Shown: in pieces, positions 43,501-52,039 of the stretch
How the letters are laid out: each line of letters opens with the position of its first letter
How positions within the stretch are numbered: the first letter of the stretch is position 1
NCBI GenBank assembly: GCA_963796275.1
Contig: CAWCKY010000001.1
Location: forward strand, 704,001 to 768,000
Direction of reading: 5' to 3'
DNA from: an uncultured Acidobacteriota bacterium
GTDB taxonomy: Bacteria > Acidobacteriota > Blastocatellia > RBC074
Length of the DNA stretch: 64,000 nucleotides
Position numbers and translations under genes: made by a program
The notes under the pieces: model-generated
Seen by the model: the letters and a program-made list of their open reading frames with translations, nothing else
What the model was told of the DNA's origin: nothing
Databases searched by the model: none

Positions 43501-44156
43501 TGGCAAGCCCCGACCTGGTCAATCCGAATCTCACCGTTCTAGTCGACACTATTCCTACAGCTCAACGTTATTCATTCATTTTCGCGGGACACTCTCAGAC
43601 CATCGACCACGTGCTGGTTGACAGCGGTATGCTCGGCCGAGTCAGCCGGTTTGCATACGCGCGTAATAACGTAGATTTCCCCGAGTCTTTGAGCATGGAT
43701 GGAACGCGGCCTGAGCGCGTGGCGGATCATGATATGCCGGTAGCCTATTTCACTCTTCCGCCTCCGTCGGCCGACTTGTCGGTCAGCGTAGTGGATTCTC
43801 CCGATCCGGTGGCGCCCCGCGAGATGCTGACCTACACGATCACCGTCACTAACAACGGACCGGACATAGCGAGGGAGGCGGTAGTGTTGAATACGCTGCC
43901 ACTGGGTACTAATTTCGTTTCGTGTACTGCAACTGGCGGGGGAGTATGCGGGGGCCTGGCGATTCTACGAACCGTGACCTTTCAATCATTGGGTATCGGT
44001 GCAACAGAGACCATAACGTTTACGGCGTCGGTAGGCAGCTCAATACCAAGCGGTTTTACTCTCAGAAATTTAGCCGCCGTCGGATCGCTTACTAAAGATT
44101 CTGATCTGCGCGATAACCTTGCAATAGAGACGACAACGGTCAATAAACGAAAATAA
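40527..44156 (+). CDS. ExeM/NucH-like extracellular nuclease: two lamin-tail domains, OB fold, endonuclease/exonuclease/phosphatase domain and DUF11 Ig-like domain
   Basis: Two copies of VISQVYGGGGNSGA...DFIE..NR, IHAIQG...SPL, ERFEGM, IGDFN, IDHVL, ADHD and ADLSV...DSPDPV. Confidence 0.85.
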   Translation: MAIVFHRSSSARLRYQIAVIIALLLSLMGVDYISSPPKVQGLSTGIVISQVYGGGGNSGATFTHDFIELYNRGASPININGWSVQYASAAGTSWQVTPLTDVTIQPGQYYLIQQAQGVGGAVGLPVPDATGTIAMSATAGKVALVNNATALSGSGCPFGSSVVDFAGYGTTAICFEGSGPTAALTNTTAAIRGANSCAETDNNDVDFSTGSPTPRNTASPVIPCGGSANPVGTGAANPNPVLQASSTLLTVAVISGFNPPSTGIAVTGDLATIGGLSMQTFFDDGTNGDATAGDLLFSFRATVQGITAPGLKVLPITISDAQSRTGMASISLSVQGPAQVVISQVYGGGGNSGATLTNDFIEIFNRGMSSVDLTGWSLQFTTATGAGTWQVTPLTGIIAPGQYYLVQEAAGAGGTTGLPAPDAIGTIPVGSTAGKVALVNSTTALTGSGCPFNASVVDFIGYGSTSCSESGSPAPELTNTTAALRARRGCRDTNNNLVDFSSSMPNPRNSASPVNDCSLAPPLFAIHAIQGAGAGSPLAGQEITATGIVTARKSNGFFMQTADAEADSNPNTSQGIFVFTSGTPAVAVGDSVSVVGTATEFFNLTQISSSNLDVTVISRMNELPQPIIFTTSILNPSGPLDQIERFEGMRISAPSLVSITPTNAFGEIFTVLSGVPRPLREPGIDISLSLPAGSPCCIPRFDENPQRLMVDTEGQIGMTPLVVTSGVTLTGVTGPLDFAFGDYKVLPDETPIVTANLSAIPVPIPSNNEFTVGSTNLLNFFSTNSNFALRLNKASLAIRNVMRSPDIIGVEEIGDIETLTALADKINADTVAAGGIDPNYRAYLLEGVDLFSDDIDVGFLVKSTRVDVVSVMQEGKGLTFTDPTEGDEDTLFERPPLILRANVRSPGGSLFPVTVIVNHMQSLIGVDDPVEGPRQRLKRKLQAEFTADLAQSLQGENLVLIGDFNSFQFNDGYVDVLGTIKGMPAPSDQVLLASPDLVNPNLTVLVDTIPTAQRYSFIFAGHSQTIDHVLVDSGMLGRVSRFAYARNNVDFPESLSMDGTRPERVADHDMPVAYFTLPPPSADLSVSVVDSPDPVAPREMLTYTITVTNNGPDIAREAVVLNTLPLGTNFVSCTATGGGVCGGLAILRTVTFQSLGIGATETITFTASVGSSIPSGFTLRNLAAVGSLTKDSDLRDNLAIETTTVNKRK

Positions 44157-44244
44157 TGCTACGTTCAACGGTATTGTTCGTCCTCCGGTGTGAAGATTTG
44201 CAGGTTTGAAGCCACTGCTGAATTGATGCCGTGGCTCGAGAATC

Positions 44245-44452
44245 GGTATTCCCAACAGGATTTTTGAAACTTTGTATTTAAAAAGACCTTAAGAAGCTGA
44301 AGCGAAGTCAGTACCGCGAGCGGTAGCGAGCGCGCCTTTATATTGAGGCGCCGGCTCGCTACCGCTCGCGGTACTGATCCAGCGATCCTTTTTGGCGGCA
44401 AATCGCCAACGCCTTTGTTTTCACCGGTTTCAAAAATCAGCTAAGGAGTACC
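44245..44452. mobile_element. MITE with 8-bp target-site duplication carrying the same REP-like hairpin as 8221-8309
   Basis: CGAGAATC directly repeated at 44237-44244 and 44453-44460. Ends GGTA../..TACC. Perfect sub-terminal inverted repeat GATTTTTGAAAC (44259-44270 / 44427-44438). Core TCAGTACCGCGAGCGGTAGCGAGC (44308-44331 / 44354-44377). Confidence 0.75.
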
Positions 44453-44458
44453 CGAGAA

Positions 44459-45235
44459 TCAATCGTTCCGATATGAAATTCGCTCCAAAAAAAGCCCGGA
44501 AGGCGGTGCCGTAACCCGCGCCGGTTCGAATTTCGATTCAATTATCGGATTTTCTATCAGCCGGGCAAAATCATCTAACGTGACGCTCCCGCGACCGATT
44601 TCGACCAGTGATCCCACCAAACGCCTGACCATTTTCCATAAAAAATGTGATGCGGTGATCCGAAAGAGGATCAGATGCTCGTCGGTGATGAGTTCCGCCG
44701 ACTCGACTACGACAGTTGTAGATTGTTCTTCGCGTTTTGCATCCCGCTCGCTGAAAGCGGCGAAATCGTGCCGGCCGACGATTAAGTCACCAGCTTGCGC
44801 CATCGCTTTCACATTCAGCCGGTCCTTAATCCACCAGACATATTTTTTTCCAAAGGCCGTGCGCCTGGTTGAAATTTGGTAGAGATATGTGCGCGAGACG
44901 ACGTCGTGACGGGCATGAAACCGATCGGTGGTTGATTCGACATCCAGGACGTTGATGTCCGTGGCCAATCGATCATTGAGGGCGTGAAGAATTTCGGGTG
45001 GACGTGGAATCGTCTTCAGTCTTCCTCCGCGGGACGATAGTTTAAGGTGAGCAACCTGAGCGAGCGCATGAACGCCCGCGTCAGTTCTGCCTGCGCCGCC
45101 GATTTCAACCGATCTATCGAAATAATTTTCAGCGGCTTTACGCAGTTCGCCCGTGATCGTGCGCGCATTTATCTGTTCTTGCCAGCCGCTGTAGCGGGTG
45201 CCGTCGTATTCGAGAGTGAGTTTCCAATTTTGCAT
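44459..45235 (-). CDS. truA: tRNA pseudouridine(38-40) synthase
   Basis: LEYDGT.YSGWQ, AGRTDAGVHA..QVAH, FHAR, G.HDF, FLWKMVR and APPSGLFL. Start MQNWK at 45235. Confidence 0.95.
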   Translation of the reverse strand: MQNWKLTLEYDGTRYSGWQEQINARTITGELRKAAENYFDRSVEIGGAGRTDAGVHALAQVAHLKLSSRGGRLKTIPRPPEILHALNDRLATDINVLDVESTTDRFHARHDVVSRTYLYQISTRRTAFGKKYVWWIKDRLNVKAMAQAGDLIVGRHDFAAFSERDAKREEQSTTVVVESAELITDEHLILFRITASHFLWKMVRRLVGSLVEIGRGSVTLDDFARLIENPIIESKFEPARVTAPPSGLFLERISYRND

Positions 45236-45254
45236 AGGTACTGAAGAACGCTTT

Positions 45255-45572
45255 TTACTCGATGGATACGACATCGCCCGGCTGAATAATCTTCAACGCA
45301 ACAATAGCTTGTGGAACCAGCGCTTTCAAAGTTTTGTATTTGTTGTTTTTCGCCCTGAGGATTAACAAAGCGATTTTCAGCGGACCGAGGTTTTGTTGAG
45401 ATGGAATACTTTTATCGACGGTAACAAATACGTCGTAAATTCCGGATGCGGCCTGTAGCAGCAAGCCATTCTTCAGCCCTTTCAGGCCGGCATCTTCTAC
45501 TGTGAAGACCTGGCAGTCCCTGAAATCCCGCCTGAGACGCCGTGGCATGCACTCGTCAAGTAGCAGGTTCAT
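45255..45572 (-). CDS. DUF5615 family PIN-like toxin
   Basis: MNLLLDECMP...GLKNG.LL.....YDVFVTVDK....QQN. Overlaps the upstream DUF433 stop. Confidence 0.85.
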   Translation of the reverse strand: MNLLLDECMPRRLRRDFRDCQVFTVEDAGLKGLKNGLLLQAASGIYDVFVTVDKSIPSQQNLGPLKIALLILRAKNNKYKTLKALVPQAIVALKIIQPGDVVSIE

Positions 45573-45780
45573 ATTCTGCAAACAGGAGTTCTTTCATAAA
45601 TTCAATCAATCCAAGTGTTTGTTCTCTGCTTACAGTCGGGAAATCATCGATAAATGTTTCCACAGTTTCTCCACCTTCGATATAATCGAAGAAATTTTGT
45701 ATCGGTACACGTGTGCCGGTAAAGACCGGCGTCCCACCAAGTTTGTCGGTGTCAACTTCAATGATCTCTTCTGTTCTCAT
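45556..45780 (-). CDS. DUF433 family antitoxin
   Basis: LGGTPVFTGTRVP...FDYIEGGET...F..DFPTVSREQ. Confidence 0.9.
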   Translation of the reverse strand: MRTEEIIEVDTDKLGGTPVFTGTRVPIQNFFDYIEGGETVETFIDDFPTVSREQTLGLIEFMKELLFAEYEPAT

Positions 45781-45834
45781 CTCGCACCACCTTGAAAAAA
45801 TGCAACCCGCAAAAGTTATCTAAAAGCATACACC

Positions 45835-47505
45835 TTAAACGTCCCATCCATCAATCTTCTTTCCAGGGTTCGTAGTCCGCTTGACCAAGACCGCATTTTC
45901 GCGCTCACGTTGGCCGACCGACTTTTCGTTGAAATAACCCTGCCATTCGCTCGGCGCATCGATCGTCTCACCGCCGTGTTTCGTGATTCGCTGTCGCACC
46001 GCACACAAAACCGGAGTGTTGACTGCCACGCCTGAAACTATCACCTGTCCCTTCGTCAAAGCAGGCAACTCGTCGAGCAGACGCCGGCCAGCGCCTTCGA
46101 CCGAGGATGCAATAGTTTGTTGATCGATCGGATTAACGATGCGCATGATGAATTGCGTCATACACTGCGACAGCACGTCTTGATCCAGTTTACCGGGACG
46201 TTGTGTGATCAATCCGATTCCGACGCCGAATTTACGGCCTTCCGACAAAATCTGTTTGAGGATGTCGGTCGAAACGACCTTTGTTCCGGCGGGCGCGTAG
46301 CGATGCGCTTCTTCCAGAAGCGCGAAGACGGGATAAGGCAGATACGATTCGTCATTCCCGTTTGCATTGCCGCGCACCGTCGCGATGCGCGCTTTGTTCG
46401 TACGGCGGAGCAGCGCCCCGACGATGACCTGCTGTTCGTTCTCGTCGATGTCCGAAAGCTGAAGCACTGTGCATTGCCCGGGCTTGAACAGGTCCTGCAA
46501 GGGAATGTGCTCGTGATCGGAGAAGCTCTTGCTCTGCTCGAAGCGACGGCGCAATCGCCATTCGAGCCCATCGATGGTGCTTACATTCCCACCGCCCTTG
46601 CCCTGTTCGTCTTCGTAACGCAAAGCGAGCACCTCGTTGAGCAAATCCGTAAAACCCCAGAGGCCGCGTTCATTGGCGCGCGTATTGATCAGGGCCCGGT
46701 AAGCCTGGCTCAAAAAGGTCCGCATCTTTTCGGTCATTTCGGGCAGAAGGTAAACGATATCGGCTTCTGTCAAAGTCGAAATTCGAACCTTGATCTTTTC
46801 ATGCGTATAGATTTTGACCTCGGGTTTGTAATCGCCGGCGGCAAATAGTCGATTTTTGTGGATTTCCTGGAGAGTACTGTATTCACCGTGTGGATCGACA
46901 ATCAGAACGGCCGCCCGGTTGTTGGGCATCATCAGCTCCTCGATAAGCACTCCTGCCGCATAGCTCTTGCCCGCTCCGGTGCTGGCCAAAATAGCAATGT
47001 GAGTCGAAACGAAGTCTTTGACCGAGAGCACCACGGGGACTTCATCGCGCTTGCGCGTGAGGAGACAGCCGATGTGCGCGCCGCCGTGCTCGCCTTTTTG
47101 CCGCGGAGATAGCATGCGCGCGAGCATCGCATTCGAGGCGAGAAAGACGGGTTGTCCCGGCATCGGCGGAATGCGCGGATTGACGAAGTCATTCAATCTC
47201 TCGCTGAAATAGCCGATCGTCTCGACCACGATTTCATATATTTCCGCACCTTCATCAGTCAAACCGATCAGGCTCGAAACAATTGACGGTGGCGTGTTCG
47301 GATCGGCGAGGAAACTGTCGGGCAGATTCCGGACCAGGCGTCGCTCGGTGATTGTGCCGACGATGCTCAGCTCGGTCTCACCGTCATTCGCCAAATAATA
47401 GACAAACTCACCGATACGCGTTTGCGTATTGTCGGTGGTGATAAAAGTGAATTCGTGAGGGTTTTCGCCGGGACCTTTTACCGTGCCGATGAGGATTTCT
47501 TGCAT
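45835..47505 (-). CDS. HerA-type (DUF87) ATPase/helicase with N-terminal HAS-barrel-like domain
   Basis: HIAILASTGAGKS (Walker A), DPHGEY, LEEAHRY (Walker B) and EGRKFGVG..LITQRP..LD..VLSQC.TQ. Confidence 0.9.
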   Translation of the reverse strand: MQEILIGTVKGPGENPHEFTFITTDNTQTRIGEFVYYLANDGETELSIVGTITERRLVRNLPDSFLADPNTPPSIVSSLIGLTDEGAEIYEIVVETIGYFSERLNDFVNPRIPPMPGQPVFLASNAMLARMLSPRQKGEHGGAHIGCLLTRKRDEVPVVLSVKDFVSTHIAILASTGAGKSYAAGVLIEELMMPNNRAAVLIVDPHGEYSTLQEIHKNRLFAAGDYKPEVKIYTHEKIKVRISTLTEADIVYLLPEMTEKMRTFLSQAYRALINTRANERGLWGFTDLLNEVLALRYEDEQGKGGGNVSTIDGLEWRLRRRFEQSKSFSDHEHIPLQDLFKPGQCTVLQLSDIDENEQQVIVGALLRRTNKARIATVRGNANGNDESYLPYPVFALLEEAHRYAPAGTKVVSTDILKQILSEGRKFGVGIGLITQRPGKLDQDVLSQCMTQFIMRIVNPIDQQTIASSVEGAGRRLLDELPALTKGQVIVSGVAVNTPVLCAVRQRITKHGGETIDAPSEWQGYFNEKSVGQRERENAVLVKRTTNPGKKIDGWDV

Positions 47506-47529
47506 ATTCGTGAAGACTCGATTTTTTGT

Positions 47530-47820
47530 TTACTGTTTCTTCTTTAGCCAGGCAATATCACTTTGATCCTTATCTCTTCCTGCCGCCAATGCGCCGACGA
47601 ACAATGTAATCAACTTGTTCGTCGTTTAAGAACGACAATGTCTTTGAAGTCTTGGTTCAACATCTATCTTTTCCCTGAATGATCATACGTTGAGCGTCAG
47701 TTGCCACATCATACCGATGAGCCGCTGCGGAGACTTTCCTTTCAAATCGTTGCAATCATTCGATTCGCGCAAGGTTGTCTTTCTAACTAAGTTTTTTCCA
47801 TGCGAACAGACGTTTTGCAT
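47530..47820 (-). pseudogene. Decayed two-gene module: small protein plus nucleotidyltransferase-like remnant
   Basis: 47820 MQNVC..LIGMMWQLTLNV*SFREKIDVEPRLQRH has an internal stop. 47663 MLNQDFKD / LSFLNDEQVDYIV is joined through frameshifts to AAGRDKDQSDIAWLKKKQ*. Confidence 0.55.
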
Positions 47821-47849
47821 CTCTCTTGGAATGGGTAAGGATTAAGTTT

Positions 47850-49007
47850 TTAAATGATTGCCGGCAGGCTTTTCACCAATCGCGATTTCAAATCGACATA
47901 TCCCTGATCTCCTGCAATCAGATCGCGTAGCACTTCCCGTATACCACGATGCCGTTTGGCGAACTGAATCATCCGTTCAGTCAGAGGCGCGCCGGCAAAA
48001 CGGCCGCGATAGAAACGATGCTGCAACTCGGCCGCGCGCCGCAGCTCGTCGCCGAACTCCGCGCGCCATATTTCATCGAATTCTCCTACCTTACTTTTCA
48101 ATGCGCCAGCCAGCAGGTCGGCGGATTTGATCGCATAATAAATGCCTTCTCCGGTAAGCGGATCGACGAATCCTGCGGCATCACCGATCAGAGCCCACGC
48201 TTTGTCGGGACTGCCGGCTTTCAGAATATCCCAGGTCGAAACATCGAGCGCCGGAATCATCGCCGCATAAAAATGCGCGCGTGCGGTCGAATTTCCCGAA
48301 GCAATTTTGATCTCGCGGGCCAGCTCACAATCCTCTTTCTCGATGAAATCCAGGAGCTTTTCTTTCATGCGAGCGGGAGTTGTCTCTTGATAGCCGCTGG
48401 CAATGCCATAAGAGATATGATCTGTGCGGGGGAAGAGCCAGAGATAACCGCTGAATTCATCCAGATATTTGACGTCGACCCGGGAAATAGGGGGGCCGTT
48501 GTAAACGTTCCAGCCGAGTGCGTATGCGAAATCTTTCTGTCTGAAACGAACCCCCAAGCGGCGACGAATGACGCTGCTCGCGCCATCAGCTCCAACCAGG
48601 AAATCGGCCGCAAAATCGCCCCGGGCGGTTTCCAGCTGCCATTTGCCATGAGCGTAGTCTGTCTTTTCGACTCGGGTGCAATAGAGTTGCGCGCCGGCAT
48701 CGATGGCCCTCTCGCGCATCATCCGCGCCAGCTCTTTACGGGAATAGATCGCGAAATCGTGGCGCGGTGTGAGCGATATTTCCCGGTTCCGCGACGTGAT
48801 CAATCGCAACGATGAGATCAACTGTTTGGGGGCATCGCTGTTCTTAAGGTATGTAAATTCGCGCAGAGCTTTCGAAGTCACGCCTCCACCGCAGGGCTTC
48901 TCCCATGGTTCGCGGGCGTCGAAGAGTAAAACCTCAAATCCATTTATGCTGAGCTGATGCGCCAGATGTGATCCTGCAGGTCCCGCCCCGACAATTGCAA
49001 CTCTCAT
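47850..49007 (-). CDS. Geranylgeranyl-reductase family FAD-dependent oxidoreductase
   Basis: VGAGPAGS, EKPCGGG, VGADGASS, YLWLFP and GDAAGFVDPLTGEGIYYA. Confidence 0.88.
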   Translation of the reverse strand: MRVAIVGAGPAGSHLAHQLSINGFEVLLFDAREPWEKPCGGGVTSKALREFTYLKNSDAPKQLISSLRLITSRNREISLTPRHDFAIYSRKELARMMRERAIDAGAQLYCTRVEKTDYAHGKWQLETARGDFAADFLVGADGASSVIRRRLGVRFRQKDFAYALGWNVYNGPPISRVDVKYLDEFSGYLWLFPRTDHISYGIASGYQETTPARMKEKLLDFIEKEDCELAREIKIASGNSTARAHFYAAMIPALDVSTWDILKAGSPDKAWALIGDAAGFVDPLTGEGIYYAIKSADLLAGALKSKVGEFDEIWRAEFGDELRRAAELQHRFYRGRFAGAPLTERMIQFAKRHRGIREVLRDLIAGDQGYVDLKSRLVKSLPAII

Positions 49008-49108
49008 TGTTGATCCTATTTATGGAATAGATGGATGAACGTACCATACTAAAGAACTGCAAACCATTCAATTGATCCCTATTCGATGGCGAATGAAATG
49101 TCGCGGGA

Positions 49109-49137
49109 TTGACAGTATCTGATATGATGCTTAAATT
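49109..49137 (+). promoter_or_regulatory. Sigma-70-type promoter of serS
   Basis: TTGACA (49109-49114), 17 bp spacer, TAAATT (49132-49137). Confidence 0.55.
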
Positions 49138-49183
49138 GTTAGTTTCTTTTCGTGTGCCATTTTTTGACTTAGGGGTAAGAGAT

Positions 49184-50476
49184 ATGCTCGATCTTCATTA
49201 TGTACGTGAGAACTTCGACCACGTACGGGAAAAGCTGGCAACCCGGAATTTCGACCCCGGGTTGCTCGATGATTTCACCAGGCTCGACGCCGAGCGGCGA
49301 TCCTTTATTCGCGAACGGGATGAATTAAACGCCGCAAGCAATCGCCTCAGTAGGGATGTGGGCGCGTTGATGCGCGACGGCAAAAAGGACGAGGCGGAAT
49401 CGAAAAAAACTGAGTCGCGCAAGATAGCGGAGCAGGCGAAAGCGGCCGAGGGGAAAGTGCTCGAGTTCGATAACAAATTTCGCGATATTCTCATCAACCT
49501 CCCCAACCTGCCGCACGAATCGGTGCCCGTCGGTAAAGACGAATCTGCGAATGTGGAAGTGCGCCGTTGGGGCTCTCCGCGCGATTTCAAAGCGGAAGGG
49601 TTCGCGCCCAGAGATCACGTCGATCTCGGTGTCTCGCTCGGCATACTAGATCAGGAACGCGCAGCCAAAGTAACAGGAGCGCGGTTCGCCGTTCTGAGCG
49701 GGCTAGGAGCGAAGATGGAACGCGCATTGATCAGTTTCATGCTCGATCTGCATGCGGGAGAGCACGGTTATCGAGAGATGCTTCCGCCATTCATCGTTAA
49801 CTCCGATACGCTCTTTGGCACGGGGCAACTGCCGAAATTCGAGTCCGATCTCTTCAAATTGAACGATGAGCGAGGATTTTACCTCGTTCCGACGGCGGAA
49901 GTGCCGCTCACAAATCTGCATCGTGACGAGATATTGAGCGAAAAAGATCTGCCGATCAGCTACACGGCTTATACTCCCTGTTTTCGCTCGGAAGCGGGCA
50001 GCTACGGGCGCGATGTGCGCGGACTGATTCGCCAGCATCAATTCGACAAAGTCGAACTCGTAAAGATAACGCGTCCTGAAGAATCTTATGAAGCCTTGGA
50101 GCAGTTGACGCGCGATGCGGAGCGGGTCCTGCAAATCCTGGGTTTGCCGTATCGCACGATAACACTCGCGACCGGAGATATGGGCTTTTCAGCGGCGAAG
50201 ACGTACGACATAGAGGTCTGGCTGCCCAGCCAGGATACCTATCGCGAGATTTCGTCCTGTTCGAATTGTGAGGCATTCCAGGCGCGCCGCGCGCAGATCC
50301 GCTTCAAGCGCGATGGGAAATCGAAGACCGAGTTCGCTCACACGCTGAACGGGTCCGGCCTCGCGGTCGGAAGGACCTGGCTGGCTATCCTGGAAAACTT
50401 TCAACAGGCCGATGGTTCGGTGCGAGTGCCGGAGGCGCTGGTGCCATATCTGGGAGTGGATGTCATAAAGATGTGA
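49184..50476 (+). CDS. serS: Serine--tRNA ligase
   Basis: MLD...[56 protein letters not shown] and [12 protein letters not shown]. Start ATG 49184. Confidence 0.98.
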   Translation: MLDLHYVRENFDHVREKLATRNFDPGLLDDFTRLDAERRSFIRERDELNAASNRLSRDVGALMRDGKKDEAESKKTESRKIAEQAKAAEGKVLEFDNKFRDILINLPNLPHESVPVGKDESANVEVRRWGSPRDFKAEGFAPRDHVDLGVSLGILDQERAAKVTGARFAVLSGLGAKMERALISFMLDLHAGEHGYREMLPPFIVNSDTLFGTGQLPKFESDLFKLNDERGFYLVPTAEVPLTNLHRDEILSEKDLPISYTAYTPCFRSEAGSYGRDVRGLIRQHQFDKVELVKITRPEESYEALEQLTRDAERVLQILGLPYRTITLATGDMGFSAAKTYDIEVWLPSQDTYREISSCSNCEAFQARRAQIRFKRDGKSKTEFAHTLNGSGLAVGRTWLAILENFQQADGSVRVPEALVPYLGVDVIKM

Positions 50477-50480
50477 TGGA

Positions 50481-50506
50481 ACCGGTAAGACACGAGGTTT
50501 ACCGGG
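50481..50506 (+). terminator. Hairpin after serS
   Basis: CCGGTAAGAC-ACGAG-GTTTACCGG stem; lacks a U-tract on this strand. Confidence 0.3.
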
Positions 50507-50707
50507 TAAATAAAGTCGTAGCTGAGCGAACAATGCGAGGATGCAGTTATTTCCGAACTGGTGACCCGCAGTCACGCCTTTATTCCGCCGAAGAGGGGAG
50601 TCCAGTCTACGCGCCTTCTTCGTTGCGAAGACCGGCTATTGCCATAGTCTATAAATAGATACTCAATTCTATCTACCTGTTCTTTGGAGTTGCTTGGGAG
50701 GCTAACG

Positions 50708-51078
50708 ATGCAAACGCTATGGCGAGACCTGCGCTTAGCCGCGCGCATGTTACGGAAGTACCCTGGCTTTTCGGCCGCAACAATTCTTACACTCGCACTC
50801 GGCATCGGCGCTAATAGTGCTATTTTCGCTTTGGTCGATGCTACCTTACTTCGTCCGCTTCCGTTCCGCGACCCAGACCGTCTTGTGATGCTCTGGGAGC
50901 AAACCGAGACGTCGCGTCGAGACAGAGTCGCGCCTCTCAATCTTATCGATTGGAACAAAAGGAACAGCACCTTCTATCTGTCACAATTTTAGTGATGGTT
51001 ACCGGTGTGGTATCGATTGCCGGTCCGGCCTGGCGTGCCATCAGAATCGATCCTGTGTCAGCATTACGTGAAGAGTAA
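50708..51078 (+). pseudogene. ADOP/MacB-type ABC permease remnant with large internal deletion
   Basis: N-terminus [19 protein letters not shown]...[31 protein letters not shown] is joined out of frame to the family C-terminus PAWRAIRIDPVSALREE*. Confidence 0.85.
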
Positions 51079-51172
51079 TCATATTACAGAAATTGTATAA
51101 CGTCGTAGCAGGGAAGAACTCCCTGGGCGAGATACTCCAGCACTCTCTCATTCTTAAACTTTGTCTTTTCCG

Positions 51173-52024
51173 TTATGTTCCTTCCAGAATCCTGCGGATG
51201 CGCGGCTCCAGTGCTGTCCGTATTTCCTGATCCTCCAACGCGTATTCGATCAAAGTCTTCAGGTAATTGATCGGGTCGCCGATGGTCAGCCATTCGCCGT
51301 CCCTCACGGGTTGAGCAACTACGCGTCCGCCGCGTCTCACGTACTCTCGCACTCCATCAGTCAGCCACAATTCGTTGGCTTTGCCGAGTGGGATTTCTCC
51401 CAGTATCTGTATCACCTCAGACGAAAGCAAAAACCGGCCGAACATGGCCATATTCGATTTAGCCTCTTCGCGCGCAGGTTTTTCGACGACATCTTTCATT
51501 TCATAACCTTCTTTGAACTCAACCATACCGTAACGCACGACGTCCTCCCAGGGGACTTCTTGGACGCCTGCAACCAGTGCATCTGTGCGATTGTGCGTTT
51601 CAATCAACTGCTTTGCGAATGATGTCCTCGATTTGATGATGTCGTCACCATAGGCGTAAATAAATCCCTGACCGGGCGGGATGTGCCGTCTCGCAACCAG
51701 CAGCGGCGTGCCGTTACCGTACGGGCCGCTTTGCCGGACGAAGATGACCTCCACGTTGGACATCCTATCAACGAACTCATCGAGCGATCTATACTTACCG
51801 CGCGGAGAGAGATCGGTTAAATTGTACTGTCGATGCAGCGGGTCGGCATTTTCACCGGTGACGATGATGATCCTTGTCAACCCGGCCTCGATGAATTCTT
51901 CGATTATCAGTTGGATCGCAGGTTTATTGATGATCGGCATCAATTCCTTGGGATAGCCCAGAGTAAGTGGAAGCATGCGAGTGCCTGATCCGGCAGCAGC
52001 GATCACGCCTGTTTCAATCTTCAT
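51173..52024 (-). CDS. galU: UTP--glucose-1-phosphate uridylyltransferase family protein
   Basis: AAAGSGTRMLP.T...PKELMPI.NKP.IQ, RQ..PYGNG, GDD, YG, VEKP and ELWLTD. Confidence 0.8.
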   Translation of the reverse strand: MKIETGVIAAAGSGTRMLPLTLGYPKELMPIINKPAIQLIIEEFIEAGLTRIIIVTGENADPLHRQYNLTDLSPRGKYRSLDEFVDRMSNVEVIFVRQSGPYGNGTPLLVARRHIPPGQGFIYAYGDDIIKSRTSFAKQLIETHNRTDALVAGVQEVPWEDVVRYGMVEFKEGYEMKDVVEKPAREEAKSNMAMFGRFLLSSEVIQILGEIPLGKANELWLTDGVREYVRRGGRVVAQPVRDGEWLTIGDPINYLKTLIEYALEDQEIRTALEPRIRRILEGT

Positions 52025-52039
52025 TTACTAATTCTCCAT

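Noticed and set aside
50477-51172. tRNA or integrative element next to serS
   Set aside because: No cloverleaf, integrase or att duplication seen; only the permease remnant.
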